From a virus: DNA of 64,000 nt. The stretch's first letter is position 1. Every line of letters starts with the position of its first letter. The DNA lies in IMG/VR virus record IMGVR_UViG_3300035669_000001, positions 13,901 through 77,900 of that record, one strand, 5' to 3'. Position numbers and translations under genes: made by a program. This document shows, one piece after another, positions 47,411 to 59,061 of the stretch. A model generated the notes under the pieces. It had not been told where the DNA came from and ran no database searches. It was given only the letters and a program-made list of their open reading frames with translations.

Positions 47411-48958
47411 TCATTTGTAGGGACCGAACGAGCGGACGCGTGTGGGTTGACCGATGACCCCGTTGTCGTACAGGTCGATGATCTCCCCGCGGATCTTCTT
47501 GTTCGTCTGCTCGGCCACCAGACGTTCCAGGTCGGCCTTCATCTCCGGGGACGAACGGTAGACGATCTGCTGCGGTGGAGGGGGCTCGTACTTGTACTTG
47601 AGCACCTTGACGCACAGATACAACACGCTCCAGGTCAGGTTCACCAGGAACCCTGCAGCACCGACGACCTCGGCAGTGGACATCATCTCCGGGATCATGG
47701 GCGCCTCCGAACATAGAGGACTGTCCCGATGACGTACCCGATGATGCCAGCAGCGGCGACAAGGGAGATGATGAGGAGGACCTGGTTCATGACGCTCATG
47801 GGTGGTCCTGAGGGTGCTTGTGCGCCCACGGGACGATCAGCCAAGTCGTCACGTACTTTCCGGTGGGGAAGGCTTTGTCGCCCGGAACGAACTCGCGGAT
47901 GACGTACTTTTGCATCCCGGTCTTGTGATGACGGATGCCGACCAGTCGTCCCCAACGCTCAGCAGGCTCACACCCGGCCCCGAGGGTCACACCCAGCTCC
48001 ACCTGGTCACCTGACTCTGGGGCGACATCGCGCCCGCAGATGCAGACAGTCATGGTTGGCTCCTCGGCTTTCGGTAGGGCGATTTAAGCCAGCTTGGTTG
48101 GGGGTCACCGCGGTAGACCCCAGTTGCTTCCGAGAGACCGACCGTGTGTCCCTCACGCCATGCCTCGTAGCGCAGCCTTCGGAACTTACGGTCTTGGAGG
48201 AGGATGACTGCTGTCGCAAGGACTACGACCAGGAGAACGATGAAGCCTGCGAGGACGTAAGCAGCCCACGTGGTCATTCCTGGCCCTTCGCGATCTCGTC
48301 GGATGAGGGTAACGTTTGCCGATCCCTGACCTTGACAGTGATCTGAAACATGTCGTCTGGGTCGATGCTCCACCGGCACTCGATGATCTCGCCCACGGCC
48401 GTCCCGTAGGCCGTACGCCAGATCAGTTGATCTCCCACCCGAACACCAGGCGAAGACCAACAGAAGCCACGCAAGAGGCCGTCCTGGCCTTGCTTAATGC
48501 TGAGGTCGTGACCCCAGTATTTGCGGGTGTAGTCGACAGTTCTCGTCATGCCGTCCCCCCCGACCTTACGGTGCTCGGCCATGATCGCGGCCGGGTCGAG
48601 CGGCTCAGAGGTAGACATACTCCACCCCGATGCCGCTGACCTTGTTCCCGTCCTTGTCGATCTCCGTTCCGGTGACGGAGATCCTTCGTCCTGAGGCGGG
48701 GTGGCGGTGCCAGCCCTTGGGCTCTCCCTCCCCGTCCCAGGCCTCGAGCGCGGCATGAGCAGCCTCGGTGGAGTGGTAGCACCAGCGGTCGGTGAAGCTG
48801 TAGTCGTCCCCGATGTCCCCGGTGATGATCGCCGCCGTGAACAGCATCGGCGACACCAGGGCGTACCTGTCACCGGGGAGGATCTTGGGTCCCTCGTAGT
48901 GGCACTTCTCGGCGAAGTCGGTGAGCCACTCCTCGGGGGTGGTTGTCAGTTCGGTCAT
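47411..48958 (-). CDS. Six small leftward genes (47411-47698, 47695-47799, 47796-48053, 48050-48277, 48274-48618, 48605-48958), three with TM segments
   Basis: Coupled overlaps and hydrophobic segments. Confidence 0.6.
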
Positions 48959-50313
48959 GTCTGTCCTAGCTCGGCCTCCTCGGCCGTGGTCAGGGGCTCG
49001 TGCCCGGCGTTTTTCGCTTTGGCGACGTCGAAGGTGATCCGGGTGGAGAAGCGCATCCGCTGTCCCCACCACCTGTTCATCTCGGCGACGTCTTCCTTGG
49101 AGGAGACCGTCCTGATGATGGTCTCGTTTCCTCGGTGGACGGCGTTGCCGGAAAGGTTGTGCGAGCCCTGGTAGATGCTCGCACGTCCCTTCCCGTACAA
49201 CGTCCCGTCGACCCAGAAGGTCTTGTCGTGAAGGTAGATCCCCAACCTCGGGTCCTTAGGCGTCCAGTGACCGTCCCAGGTCGGTAGACGGGCCGCGGTG
49301 ACCAGGTAGCGCACGATCCGCGGAGAAGTGTCCCCCGCGTTGTTGACCGCTACTTGGACGATGCAGCCGGCATCCCTAAGAGCTTTCAGCTGGACCGCTA
49401 CGGCCTTGCGCGCATCACTCCAGAAGAAGACCGCGACCCGGATGAGAGTACGTCCCCCGACGCCGTATCCGGGCTTGGCCTTGCAGCTGACATGTTTCAG
49501 AGCGTTGACCCATGGGTCCGGCTTCCCCGAGGTTGGGAAGTACTGCATCTGCAGGTTGCCGCACGAGACACCAGGGAAGTTGCGTCTCGTCCTGTCAGCC
49601 TGCAGAGCTTTGTGGAAGGCCACCAGCGAGCGGTACATGCACTCACCTGCGAACACCTGGGTGGAGTTCCAGGAACCGGCGTTGGTGCTGCCGGTGAAGT
49701 GCTGGGTACCGACTGCGCCCACCATGCGGTAGTAGCCACCGCCCGGCTTGGCGACGCTGGAGGCCGTCCAGATCTTGGCGTGCATCACCCCCGATGAGTC
49801 GGAGGTGAAGCAGGAGCCCTCGCAGACCCGCACGTAGGACTTCGCACGGGTGTTGGTGCCGAGGGTCTTGATGAGGGCATTGATCTTCCCGCTCGGCGGG
49901 ATACGCCTCTGCATCACCCCCTGGACGTGGACCCCGCGGCGGTAGGTCCGCTGCAGGGCGGCCAGGACATCCTGGTCGGCCCCGACGTAGGCGGACGACG
50001 GCTTGGCGGGGTCCCTGCCCAGGTCCAGGTTGGGGATGACGAACCGGAAGACCGACCCCCGAGGCATCGCGTCGAGGACCCCGATGGTCGTCCGGATGTA
50101 GACGTACTGCTGGGCCAGCGAGCCGCCGGCCCCCTTGGGGGTGTTGGTCATCAGACCGAACTTCACCCTGTAAGGCGCTGGAAGCCTCTTAGAGGCCTCG
50201 GCCTGCGTTCTGGGGTGTACCACTGGGGTGGCCTCTGAAAGCCTCAGAGGGCCCAACGTCAGCCCGGAGAGCAGGACTGTGGCGATCACGAGGTACAGCT
50301 GGAACCGCTTCAT
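48955..50313 (-). CDS. Secreted phospholipase D-superfamily protein
   Basis: Signal peptide MKRFQLYLVIATVLLSG. Two HKD-type motifs: MHAKIWTAS (degenerate) and LHDKTFWVD..GSHN. Confidence 0.8.
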   Translation of the reverse strand: MKRFQLYLVIATVLLSGLTLGPLRLSEATPVVHPRTQAEASKRLPAPYRVKFGLMTNTPKGAGGSLAQQYVYIRTTIGVLDAMPRGSVFRFVIPNLDLGRDPAKPSSAYVGADQDVLAALQRTYRRGVHVQGVMQRRIPPSGKINALIKTLGTNTRAKSYVRVCEGSCFTSDSSGVMHAKIWTASSVAKPGGGYYRMVGAVGTQHFTGSTNAGSWNSTQVFAGECMYRSLVAFHKALQADRTRRNFPGVSCGNLQMQYFPTSGKPDPWVNALKHVSCKAKPGYGVGGRTLIRVAVFFWSDARKAVAVQLKALRDAGCIVQVAVNNAGDTSPRIVRYLVTAARLPTWDGHWTPKDPRLGIYLHDKTFWVDGTLYGKGRASIYQGSHNLSGNAVHRGNETIIRTVSSKEDVAEMNRWWGQRMRFSTRITFDVAKAKNAGHEPLTTAEEAELGQT

Positions 50314-50361
50314 CTTGGATCCTTAGGTTGGAGTGGTCCCCCGAGGTTGCACAGCGTAGGG

Positions 50362-53300
50362 CTACGACGCCAGCCGCTCCTGGATGGCCTTCTCCTCCTT
50401 GAGCCGCCTCAGACAGACCTTGCAGTCGACCGAGGCCGGGTCGAAGGTGGAGACCTGGTCCAGCTCCAGACCGCACAGCGACAGGTGGTACGGCTCGAAC
50501 CTGCCCTTGGTGCGCAGCTCGCCGGCGTGCTTCTTGCCTCCGCGGGAGAGCAGGAACCTGGTCTCAGGCATCGACCACCTCGTTGAAGGTGACGATGTTC
50601 ACCGATGCTGCCGTCCGGAACAGGTCGGTCCTGAGCGTGTACGCCGCGTTCAGTGCGTCTTCCCTGGTGAGCCCCTTGACTTCGGTGCGGATGGTGAAGG
50701 TTTCTTGGCCGAGGACGACGTTCCAGTTCACGGTCCAGGACTTCTTCACCCGCTCCAGCCCGAGCGTCGCCAGGAAATCGTCCACCTGGGAGCACCAGCC
50801 CCGGGTCTTGGCCTCCTCGGAGATCCGCTTGACCACCAGGGCCTTGAAGGACTCCAGAGTCTCGGGCTCGGCAACCTTCATCGTCTCGCTAACTGGCTCA
50901 GAGAGATGAGAGAGCAGGCGCCCCAGCTCGGGCCGGCTGACAGCCCTGAACCGGCGGACCTGGCTGGGAGTGGCTTCAACCCCGTAGGTGTCACGAAGGA
51001 ACCTCTGGGTCTCTTCGTCGTTGGTGGTCCACGCGTTCCACGCATTCTGCAGCTCGAACTCGTCGACGGCTCGTACGTGCGTGCCGTGCTTCCACGAGGT
51101 GAAGTTCACGTCCATCTGAGCGGCCGTCGTGGTCTGCGGTGCGACCTCGTCCTCGATCCCCTCGCCCGTGTCATCCTCCTCGTCGTCTTCCTCGTCATCG
51201 TCATCGTCGAGGTCGTCCTCGTCGAAGTCCTCCAACGGCTCATGGAAGCTCAGGATGTGGCGTACCTGGGCACGGGAGAGGTCGTAGAGGATGTTGACCA
51301 GGTCGTCGGAGACCCGAAGACCGTAGCGCCGGAGGACGTAGTCCTGGAGGTAGTGCCGACTTTGCCCGTAGAGGTCCTCGACCTCGATATCCAGGCGACG
51401 GTCGTCACCCCTGGGGCCGGCGTAGGTCTGCTCCTGCTCGGCGTAGAACATCTCGCGGGTGTAGACGGGTGTTTCTTCTGCTGTGAGGGTCATGTTCTTC
51501 TCTCTGTGGTGTGTGGTGTGACGACGAAGGGCCCCTCCTGGTGGAGGGGCCCTCGTGGGTGAGCTAGAGCTCGCGGTTGATGATCTTGCCGATCTGGGTG
51601 AAGGTCATGCCGTAGTTGTCGTTCATCTCGGCCAGCGTGACCAGGATGTAGTCCGGGGCGTCCACGCCTCCGTTCGCGGTCTTGAAGGTGGCCTTCTTGC
51701 CGCGGCTGTTCCGCTTCCTCCAGTTCTCCCGCTGTTCCTCGGTGAGGTCGGACCAGTAGACCTTGACGATCGGGTTGTTTTCGGTCAGCCCGGCGTACTC
51801 ACAGACCTCGAGCGGGAGGTACTGGGACTCCCTGATCTCCCCGTACTCGACGTCGTCGAGTTGCTCGACGACCTCCGGGTAGTCCTCGTTGGGCACCCAG
51901 GTGGTCCGGCGCTCGACGACGCCTTCCTGGGCCAGCCGGAAGGCCAGCACTCCCATGCAGCACTTCCGGCCGTTCGCGTTCTCGAGGTGCTCCTTGCCCT
52001 GCTCGTGCTTGGGCAGCTCCTCCAGCCAGATGGCCTTGACCTCTGGGTTCATCCTGTGGACGGGTGGGTCCATCACTTCGGTTGTCATATCTCTCCTTGG
52101 ATCATCTGGAGCATGTAGGTGAACAGCCACTCCGGGATGGCTGTGTAGAAGGTCGAGAGGTGGCCGTCCCCGAACTCACCTCTCGGCTCCCAGGTCGACC
52201 ACCACTGCCCGAAGTAGTAGCCGTCGTCGATGCGCTCGGAGTAACGGGCACGCTCGGCTTCGGGATCCCACTGTTCGCCGATCTCCAGGTGGCTTCGCTC
52301 CAACTGGATGTACTCGTCCAGTGAGTAGGTCTTGCCGATGATGACCACCAGCTCCCCGCCCTGGATCACAGGACGGAGAACGTAGGAGCCGGGCTTGATG
52401 GCGCGCTGGTGGTCGGTGATCCTGGCCTTGGCCGCCGCGTTGGCGGCCTGCATGTACTCGAACATCTCCTCGGGTGACTCGAAGGCCATCACCCCGCTGC
52501 CCAGGTCCTCAGGCACTATCGAGGGCCCTTTCCAGTTCTTCCACACTCTGAAGCTTGGCTATGTGGGCCCCGATGTGCCCTGCCTTACGAAGACAGCGTC
52601 CGTACGGGCCGGACTCCTCGCACTGGGGCTCTCCGGTCTCTGCCCTTTCGGCAATAGCCTTGTTCAGCATCGCTTCCTCATCGGCCCCCTCAAGGGATGC
52701 GGCGATCCGTTCCAGGATCTTGTTCTGCGTTCGGAACAGCTCCGTGAGGATGTTCATCCCCCGGCCTACTCTTTCGTCGTCCATCGTCAGTCTCCTTACG
52801 TGGGTGGTTCCCAGACGCGTAGTCCAGGTCACAGGTCACACACCTGTGCCGGGCGTCAGGGACGTACGGGTGTGTTCTCATGGGTGCTCTCCCGCACCGT
52901 GGTGATGTCGAAGTTCTCGACCTCGACGACGTAGTGCGCGCCGCGGGTCAGGTCTGACCCCTCGGCGATGTCGGTCTCGTCGAGCTTCGACCAGGACTCC
53001 AGCCGGTAGAGGGTGAAGGTCCCGGTCCGGACGAAGACCTCCATCTCCGTGTCGGTGATCTTGGGGAGCTTGTCCATCTCGAAGAAGAAGACCTCCCTGG
53101 ACGGTCTGTGCAGAGCCATCAGGAACCTCTCCGGAGGAGGCCAGGGGGCTCCCTCGGCGTAGAGCATGTCGGGGAGCCCGTCGAAACGGATGATCTGAGG
53201 GTTGGATGTCATGTCACTCCTGGATGGTGAGTTGGACCTGGTGCAGCCTGCCCTCGTCAGCCAGCTTCTCGACGGTCTCCCTGCTGACGGTGTCGTGGCC

Positions 53301-54650
53301 GTGGAAGCCGTTGCCCTGTCGCCGCAGGACCCTCCACTTCGTGCTGCGGGTGATGGGGTTCAGGTAGGACCACCCGGGAACCCCGTCCAGCTTGACGGCG
53401 ACGATCTCGGCCGTCTCCCAGTACTGGGACGCGGCCTTGTGCTCGGTGATCTCCACCTTGATGTCGTTCCGCTCCAAAGCCCAACCGGCCACCTCCGGGC
53501 CGTTCGGGCCGTCCTCGACGAATCCAGCGACGATGAAGGGTTTTCTACCCTCACGGGTGATCTCGGCGGTGACGCTGTCACCGACGTTGATCTTGGTAGC
53601 TGTCATCTGTTCACGCTCCTTTGTGCGTGGTAGGGGAATGACGACGTCGATGCCGAGGGCGTGGGTGCGGCCGAGGGCAAGGTCTAGCGTGCTCAGACGG
53701 TCGAATGCCAGGTAGGTCTTCACCCGCCGCTCGAAGCCGAACCAGTCAGACCGCGGTGTCGGGGTGGACACCGCGGTGGGGGTTCTTGTGAGCGCCGTGG
53801 ATCAGGCAGCAGAAGTCCGACTCGCAGATGGGACATCCCGGTACCCCCGAGACGGTCTTGTACTCCACGGCCGGAGGAAGGCTGGCCGGTCTACCGACCT
53901 GCTCAGCCTCCATATCCTCATTATCGGCATGGTGGCCGTCCCAGTGCTCCTGAGCATCGGAGACGATCCACCACTGTGTGTGGCACTCGGTGCAGACGGA
54001 GAAGGTGCAGCTCGCGCTGCAGTTGCAGCGCTTGATCCCCGGCGAGTGCAGGTTGCCCAGGTCGACCCCGCCAAGGCAGAAGTCCTGGTCGGCGACGTCG
54101 CAGTCGGAGCAGCAGAGCAGGGCGTCGTGTGAGCTGGCGTAGATCGACCCGCACCCGGCCGGACACCGCCACATCTCGACCGGAGGTGTCTCGTTGATGT
54201 CGATCTGGGTGCTGCAGGCGAGACAGCTGAAGCTCTTGACGATCTGCACCTCCCTCGCCTTGGCCCAGTAGGACAGGTCCCAGGAGGAACCATCTCCCGC
54301 GTCCGGTCGGAAGGGCCCCTCCTCCCGGACGAACTCGACCAGCGCCTCGGTGTCGTAGTGCTCCGAGAGGCTGTCGAGATCGATGTCGTCACCGACGTAG
54401 TGGTACCGCTCGCAGTCCGGGCACTCCACCACCATCTCGATCTCGAGGACGACCCGCCCAAGCTCGCGGGTTTCCTCCAGGGTGTTCATCACACCTCCTG
54501 GTACCGCTTGAGGATGTTCTGGGCGAAGGTACGGAGGCTGCCCTGGAAGGCGCGCTCAAGATCCGAGCGGCCTTCGGCGAACAGGATACGCAGGGCCACG
54601 ACCACCACCGGGATGGCTCGTGAAGCGACACGCAGCATGAAACTCTTCAT
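50362..54650 (-). CDS. Leftward hypothetical genes (50362-50571, 50564-51493, 51564-52088, 52085-52489, 52509-52784, 52856-53212, 53214-53606, 53746-54492 Cys-rich, 54489-54650)
   Basis: SD motifs, codon bias and coupling. No recognised function. Confidence 0.6.
51529..51552. terminator. Intergenic GC hairpin
   Basis: GGGCCCCTCC-TGGT-GGAGGGGCCC; no long U tract. Confidence 0.5.
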
Positions 54651-54685
54651 TGGATGTTCCTGTCTGGGACGCCGTAAAGCCCGGT

Positions 54686-54709
54686 CAGGGGCCTCCGTAG
54701 AGGCCCCTG
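54686..54709. terminator. Intergenic GC hairpin downstream of the AAA ATPase
   Basis: CAGGGGCCTC-CGTA-GAGGCCCCTG. Confidence 0.5.
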
Positions 54710-54737
54710 CCGAGTCGTGTCCCCATTGGGGGTGGGC

Positions 54738-56348
54738 TTAGCTCCTGCCGTTGTGCAGCGCCGTGTAGACGGACTGCATGGTGGCCGGGTCGTGCTTGAT
54801 CCGGTTCATGACCTCCACCAGCCCCAGCAGGACGTGATCGGGCTTGGCCGCGTTCTTCTCGGCGACCATCCTGGTGTGGACCTCGTTCTGGGCCTTGAGC
54901 GAGAGCGCGGCCCCCACCAGCGCCTCGGTCGTGAGCAGCCCGTCGTCGCCACGCTGGATGGCGATGTCCTCGGCCTCGTCGAAGGTCGACCGGATGAAGG
55001 ACGGGGTGTAGTCCTTCACGACCTCCCAGACCCGGTCGAAGTCGACGTCCGGGGCCAGCCGCCCGTGGAGCGCCAGGTGCAGCATGCGCTCGATGGAGCT
55101 CCGGTCCAGCATGCCGATCTCGATGATGGCGGTTATCCGCCCGGGGCGGGTCACCGTCGCGTCGACCTGCTCGAGGTAGTTGGTCGTCATCAGGGCCGAC
55201 ACCCCGGTGTCCTTGTCCAGCCCGTCCAGCAGGTTGGTGAACCGGGAGAGGTCGTTGGGGTTCATCGGGAAGAAGCGGTTGATGTCCTCTGTCAGGATGA
55301 GCGACCTCTTGTAGAGCTTCGCCAGGGCGAAGACCTTCTCGAACTCGGTGATCGACGCCCCGGCGGTCGGGGTGTACTCGATCACCGTCATGCCGTACTC
55401 CTTGGCCAGCACGGCCGTGGAGATGAGGGCCTGGGACTTCCCGGTGCCCAGCGGCCCGTAGCAGATCACCCGGAACTCCGTGCGCTTGTTGCGGGCCCGG
55501 AGACGCTCTGTCCCGGTGATCTTCCCACGCACGGCGTTCTCGAACTGGATGTCGGTCTCCTCGGAGTAGACGATGGTCGGGTCGACCTCGCGCCACTGGT
55601 GCTCCAGCTCACCCGTCGAGGGGTTGAACTGGAGGATCTGCCCCCGGTAGATGGAGGCGGCGTCCACCGCGGCCTGGATGGCCTGGAAGAGCCCGGTGCA
55701 GGCGTTCTTGTAGAGCTTCTTGCAGTGAATCACCATTCGGAAGCGCTCCAGGCCGTCGTCCCCCTCGTACTTGGACGGGTCGATGGTGGCGTTCTCCATC
55801 GGGGCCAGCTGGAACTCAGAGATCGGGACCGTCTCGATGATGTCGACGATCGTCGTACGGCCATCGGGGCCGGTCCTCTTCTCCTTGCCGATCACCACTG
55901 GCCACTCAGCCGGTGAGGAGGTCCCGAACAGGGTGTAGCGGGTCACTCCCATCCCACCGGCGCCGTAGAAGGCCCGCAGCACCCGGTTGAGGGCCACCAC
56001 GCCGTCGTTGAAGGCGAAGTCGAAGACCTTGGGGAAGTCGGTGACGACCTGCTCGGCCTCCTCCTCCTGCTGAGCGATCAGGGCGACCCTGGCGAGCTTC
56101 ATGCCCTCGGGGACGCTGATCTTGTTGGCCGGCTCGGCGTGGCGCATGATCGCCGAGTCCGACTGGATGGTCAGACCGGCGTAGTTGGCCATCCGCTCCG
56201 CGAAGTCCCGGGTGACGTCGCGCTTCTCCTGGTTCTCGGCACGCTTGTTCTCGATCCTGTCCGCCATCTCCAGCACGTCGTTCTCGGTGAGGCTGGGGGG
56301 CAGGTCCATGCCCGGCATGCCGAACATCTCTGCTAATGGGTTGCTCAT
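54738..56348 (-). CDS. AAA+ ATPase
   Basis: Walker A GPLGTGKS, Walker B LILTED, sensor TTN and arginine finger RPGR. Confidence 0.88.
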   Translation of the reverse strand: MSNPLAEMFGMPGMDLPPSLTENDVLEMADRIENKRAENQEKRDVTRDFAERMANYAGLTIQSDSAIMRHAEPANKISVPEGMKLARVALIAQQEEEAEQVVTDFPKVFDFAFNDGVVALNRVLRAFYGAGGMGVTRYTLFGTSSPAEWPVVIGKEKRTGPDGRTTIVDIIETVPISEFQLAPMENATIDPSKYEGDDGLERFRMVIHCKKLYKNACTGLFQAIQAAVDAASIYRGQILQFNPSTGELEHQWREVDPTIVYSEETDIQFENAVRGKITGTERLRARNKRTEFRVICYGPLGTGKSQALISTAVLAKEYGMTVIEYTPTAGASITEFEKVFALAKLYKRSLILTEDINRFFPMNPNDLSRFTNLLDGLDKDTGVSALMTTNYLEQVDATVTRPGRITAIIEIGMLDRSSIERMLHLALHGRLAPDVDFDRVWEVVKDYTPSFIRSTFDEAEDIAIQRGDDGLLTTEALVGAALSLKAQNEVHTRMVAEKNAAKPDHVLLGLVEVMNRIKHDPATMQSVYTALHNGRS

Positions 56349-58902
56349 GGTTGGGGGTTTCCTTCCGGAAAGATCTCACGTTGCATGTGGGTGATCGTCG
56401 TGGATGCGGGCGGGTTGTCGTCCCAGCACCACGAGAGCCGGCTCCGAATGCGGAGGCCGGCTCTGTGGGAGGTGGGGGTAAGGACCAGCGACCTCCGGTA
56501 GAGGACGCGGTCTTGGGTGTGGTCGCAGCAGAAGGCGACTCCGTCGACGGAGGCGCCCGCGGGGCTGGAGAAAAGGTCCTGCTGGACCGCCGAGCTGAGC
56601 AGGGCGGTCCAGCCGAAGTACTCTCCCGCGCCGTCGTAGGACAAGACCTCTCCGGTCTCGACGACGACGATGTCGGTCCACCCGCGGGTGGCGACGAACA
56701 TCAGGGCAGGGGCCGGGTCACTGAGCTTGGCGGTAGCCAGGTCCCCCTGCCCGACCAGGTGGGAGAAGTCGTCCACGTTGAAGACGACCCTCCCGTACTT
56801 GTCCATGTCGATGCGCTGGACGTTGAACTTCATGACGTTCATGCCACGAACTCCAGCTGTTCTGGTGGCACGTCCGGGTCGGACCCGTTGGCGATGGTCC
56901 GGGTCAGGATCCCCCTCTCGTCGTAGATGCCGATCGAGGTCACCAGGGACAACGACGCGCAAGCGCGGCCGACGTTCTCCTTGGCGTACCTGAGCTGCTT
57001 GGTCATCTCCGGGGGGTTCCCCTCCAGCTCTACCCGGACGAAGAACACCTCGTTGACGGCTGCCATGACCCTCCTATCCCTTTCCGACGACGTTGGTGGG
57101 GGATGCGGCGCGGTCCCACGCCCGGGTGATCGCCTTCCACTGGCGGTCGGTCAGGTTGAGGTTGCGGGCCAGCCAGGGGCGCAGCACCTTGTTGCGCACG
57201 GTCACGGTCTCCTCGGCACTGAACGCCTCGCGGATGGTGTTGTAGAGCGCGAAGCCCGTGTCGTAGGGGTCGTTCAGGTCGACGTGGTCGATGCCGACCT
57301 TCTCGTCCAGCAGCCTGGAGTAGATGTCCTCGACGGAGTCCGCACGGATCTCGTGCGCCACCGCCTGGGACTTCAGGCGCTCCAGCACGTCGCCCAGGTA
57401 GGACTGGGCGGGCGTCTCGACCTCGGTGTTGTACCAGGTGCGGACCCGCAGGAGCTTCAACATGGCCTTCTCGTAGCGACGCTCCCTGCGGTGGTAGGTC
57501 TTGCAGATCTTGACCTCACCCGGGTAGTCCTTGCCGAACGCGGCGGCAACCACCGGGTCGGTGTGGTGCAGGTTGTCGTGCAGCCGGTGGGTCTCGGACA
57601 CCTCGAAGAACTTCTTCGCGGTGTGCTTGGCCCGCTGGTAGCGCCACAGGTGGACCGGCGGGGTGATGAGCAGCCGGTAGGTGCGGGCCTCCTCCTTGAT
57701 CCCCTGGCCGGCTGTGACCAGGTTGCGCTTGACACGTCCCCGCACGGTCGTGAGGGGCCGCTCGTCGGCCAGGAAGCCGACGACGTCGGTGTCGCGGTGC
57801 AGACGCTCCGCGGTCTTCTGCAGGGTGTAGTCCCGGCTCTGTACCGAGGCGACCCGCAGTCCTGCGACCATCAACATGCCACCCGCGGTCTGCAGGGTGA
57901 CGGGATGGGTGGCCACCTTGACGGTGACCGGGATGACCCGGGCAGCCAAGGGGGCAAGCCTTGATGCCGCGGCAATGGCGGCGGTGACGATGGCAATCAT
58001 CGTTCTCGTTCTCTCTTTCGTCGTGTGTGTTGGTGGTGTTTCAGGAGTCTTCTGAGTGGTCTGGCTCTACCCAGTCGTTGTGGTCCCAGAAGTGGGCTCC
58101 TGTTCTTGCGATGGAGATCCGGTTCACCTCGGCGGTGGGATCCTTCCCGGCCAGTGAGTCGGCCAGGCGGTGTTCCGGGTCCTCGTCGGTGACCCGGGGT
58201 GCTGCGTCGATGATCCCGGCGTCGACGACACCGAGGACCTCCCACAGCGTCAGGTTCTCCTGCGACCTGTCGACCGCCTTGTGGACCCGGCTGGCGAACG
58301 CCGGCCGGAACCTCACTGAGGCGTCGTTGATCTTCTCCACGACCTGCATCACAGAGTCGTGGCGTTCCTGGGTGAGCCCCCACTCCTTGAGGTGGTAGGA
58401 GAGGTGGGCCAGCAGCTGCCTGATGCGGAAGAACTCGATCTTCCCGAACAGGATGGCAATCTCGATCTCGCCGTTGACGTCTGTCTCCCAGGGCTCCGGA
58501 GGTGCCGAGGCGTGCTCGACCAGAGCGGTGAACTGGTCGTCCAGGTCCTCGATCTTGACGCCCTCCGGGGCCCGGCCGATCTTGAGGCTCGTGGCTATCT
58601 CGGCCCCGGTCCGGTCCACCAGGACAGCGTGTACGTGGTCCGGTGGTTTCACATGCTCCTCGTGCTTCTCGGCCACCTTCATCAAGAAGTCCACCAGCTC
58701 CGAGAACACCTCGCGCAGCCTCTTGGGGTCCAGCAGCTCCTCCTCCGTGAACTCCTCCTCCTCAGCCATTACGTCTGCCCGACTTCATCTGGAAGCGAAG
58801 CTCTGAGATGGCAGTTGGAATGAAGAACATAATCACGGCAACTACGAGAGCACCGGTGACCCATCTACCGTCGATGAAGGACAGCAGGTCCAGTACTTCC
58901 AT
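56345..58902 (-). CDS. Leftward hypothetical genes (56345-56842, 56839-57066, 57074-58000, 58041-58769, 58762-58902)
   Basis: Coupling, RBS and codon bias. Confidence 0.6.
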
Positions 58903-58920
58903 TCTCGTTCTCCTTAGAAC

Positions 58921-58956
58921 ACAAAAAAAGCCCATCTCCAGGTTGGAAATGGGCAT
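58921..58956 (-). terminator. Intrinsic terminator
   Basis: GCCCATTTCCA-ACC-TGGAGATGGGC followed by a T tract on the - strand. Confidence 0.75.
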
Positions 58957-58975
58957 GCGAAACACGCAGGGTCCT

Positions 58976-58984
58976 ATGATATCA
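58976..58984 (-). promoter_or_regulatory. Possible extended -10 promoter (TGaTATCAT)
   Basis: Lies in an AT-rich intergenic patch, 12 nt upstream of the 14-bp repeat. Confidence 0.4.
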
Positions 58985-59061
58985 ACTTTTGCTGGGAATT
59001 GATATTTTCCTTACATTCACCTCTGGTACCAGAGTGGCATCACTGATGCCTCCGGTATGAC

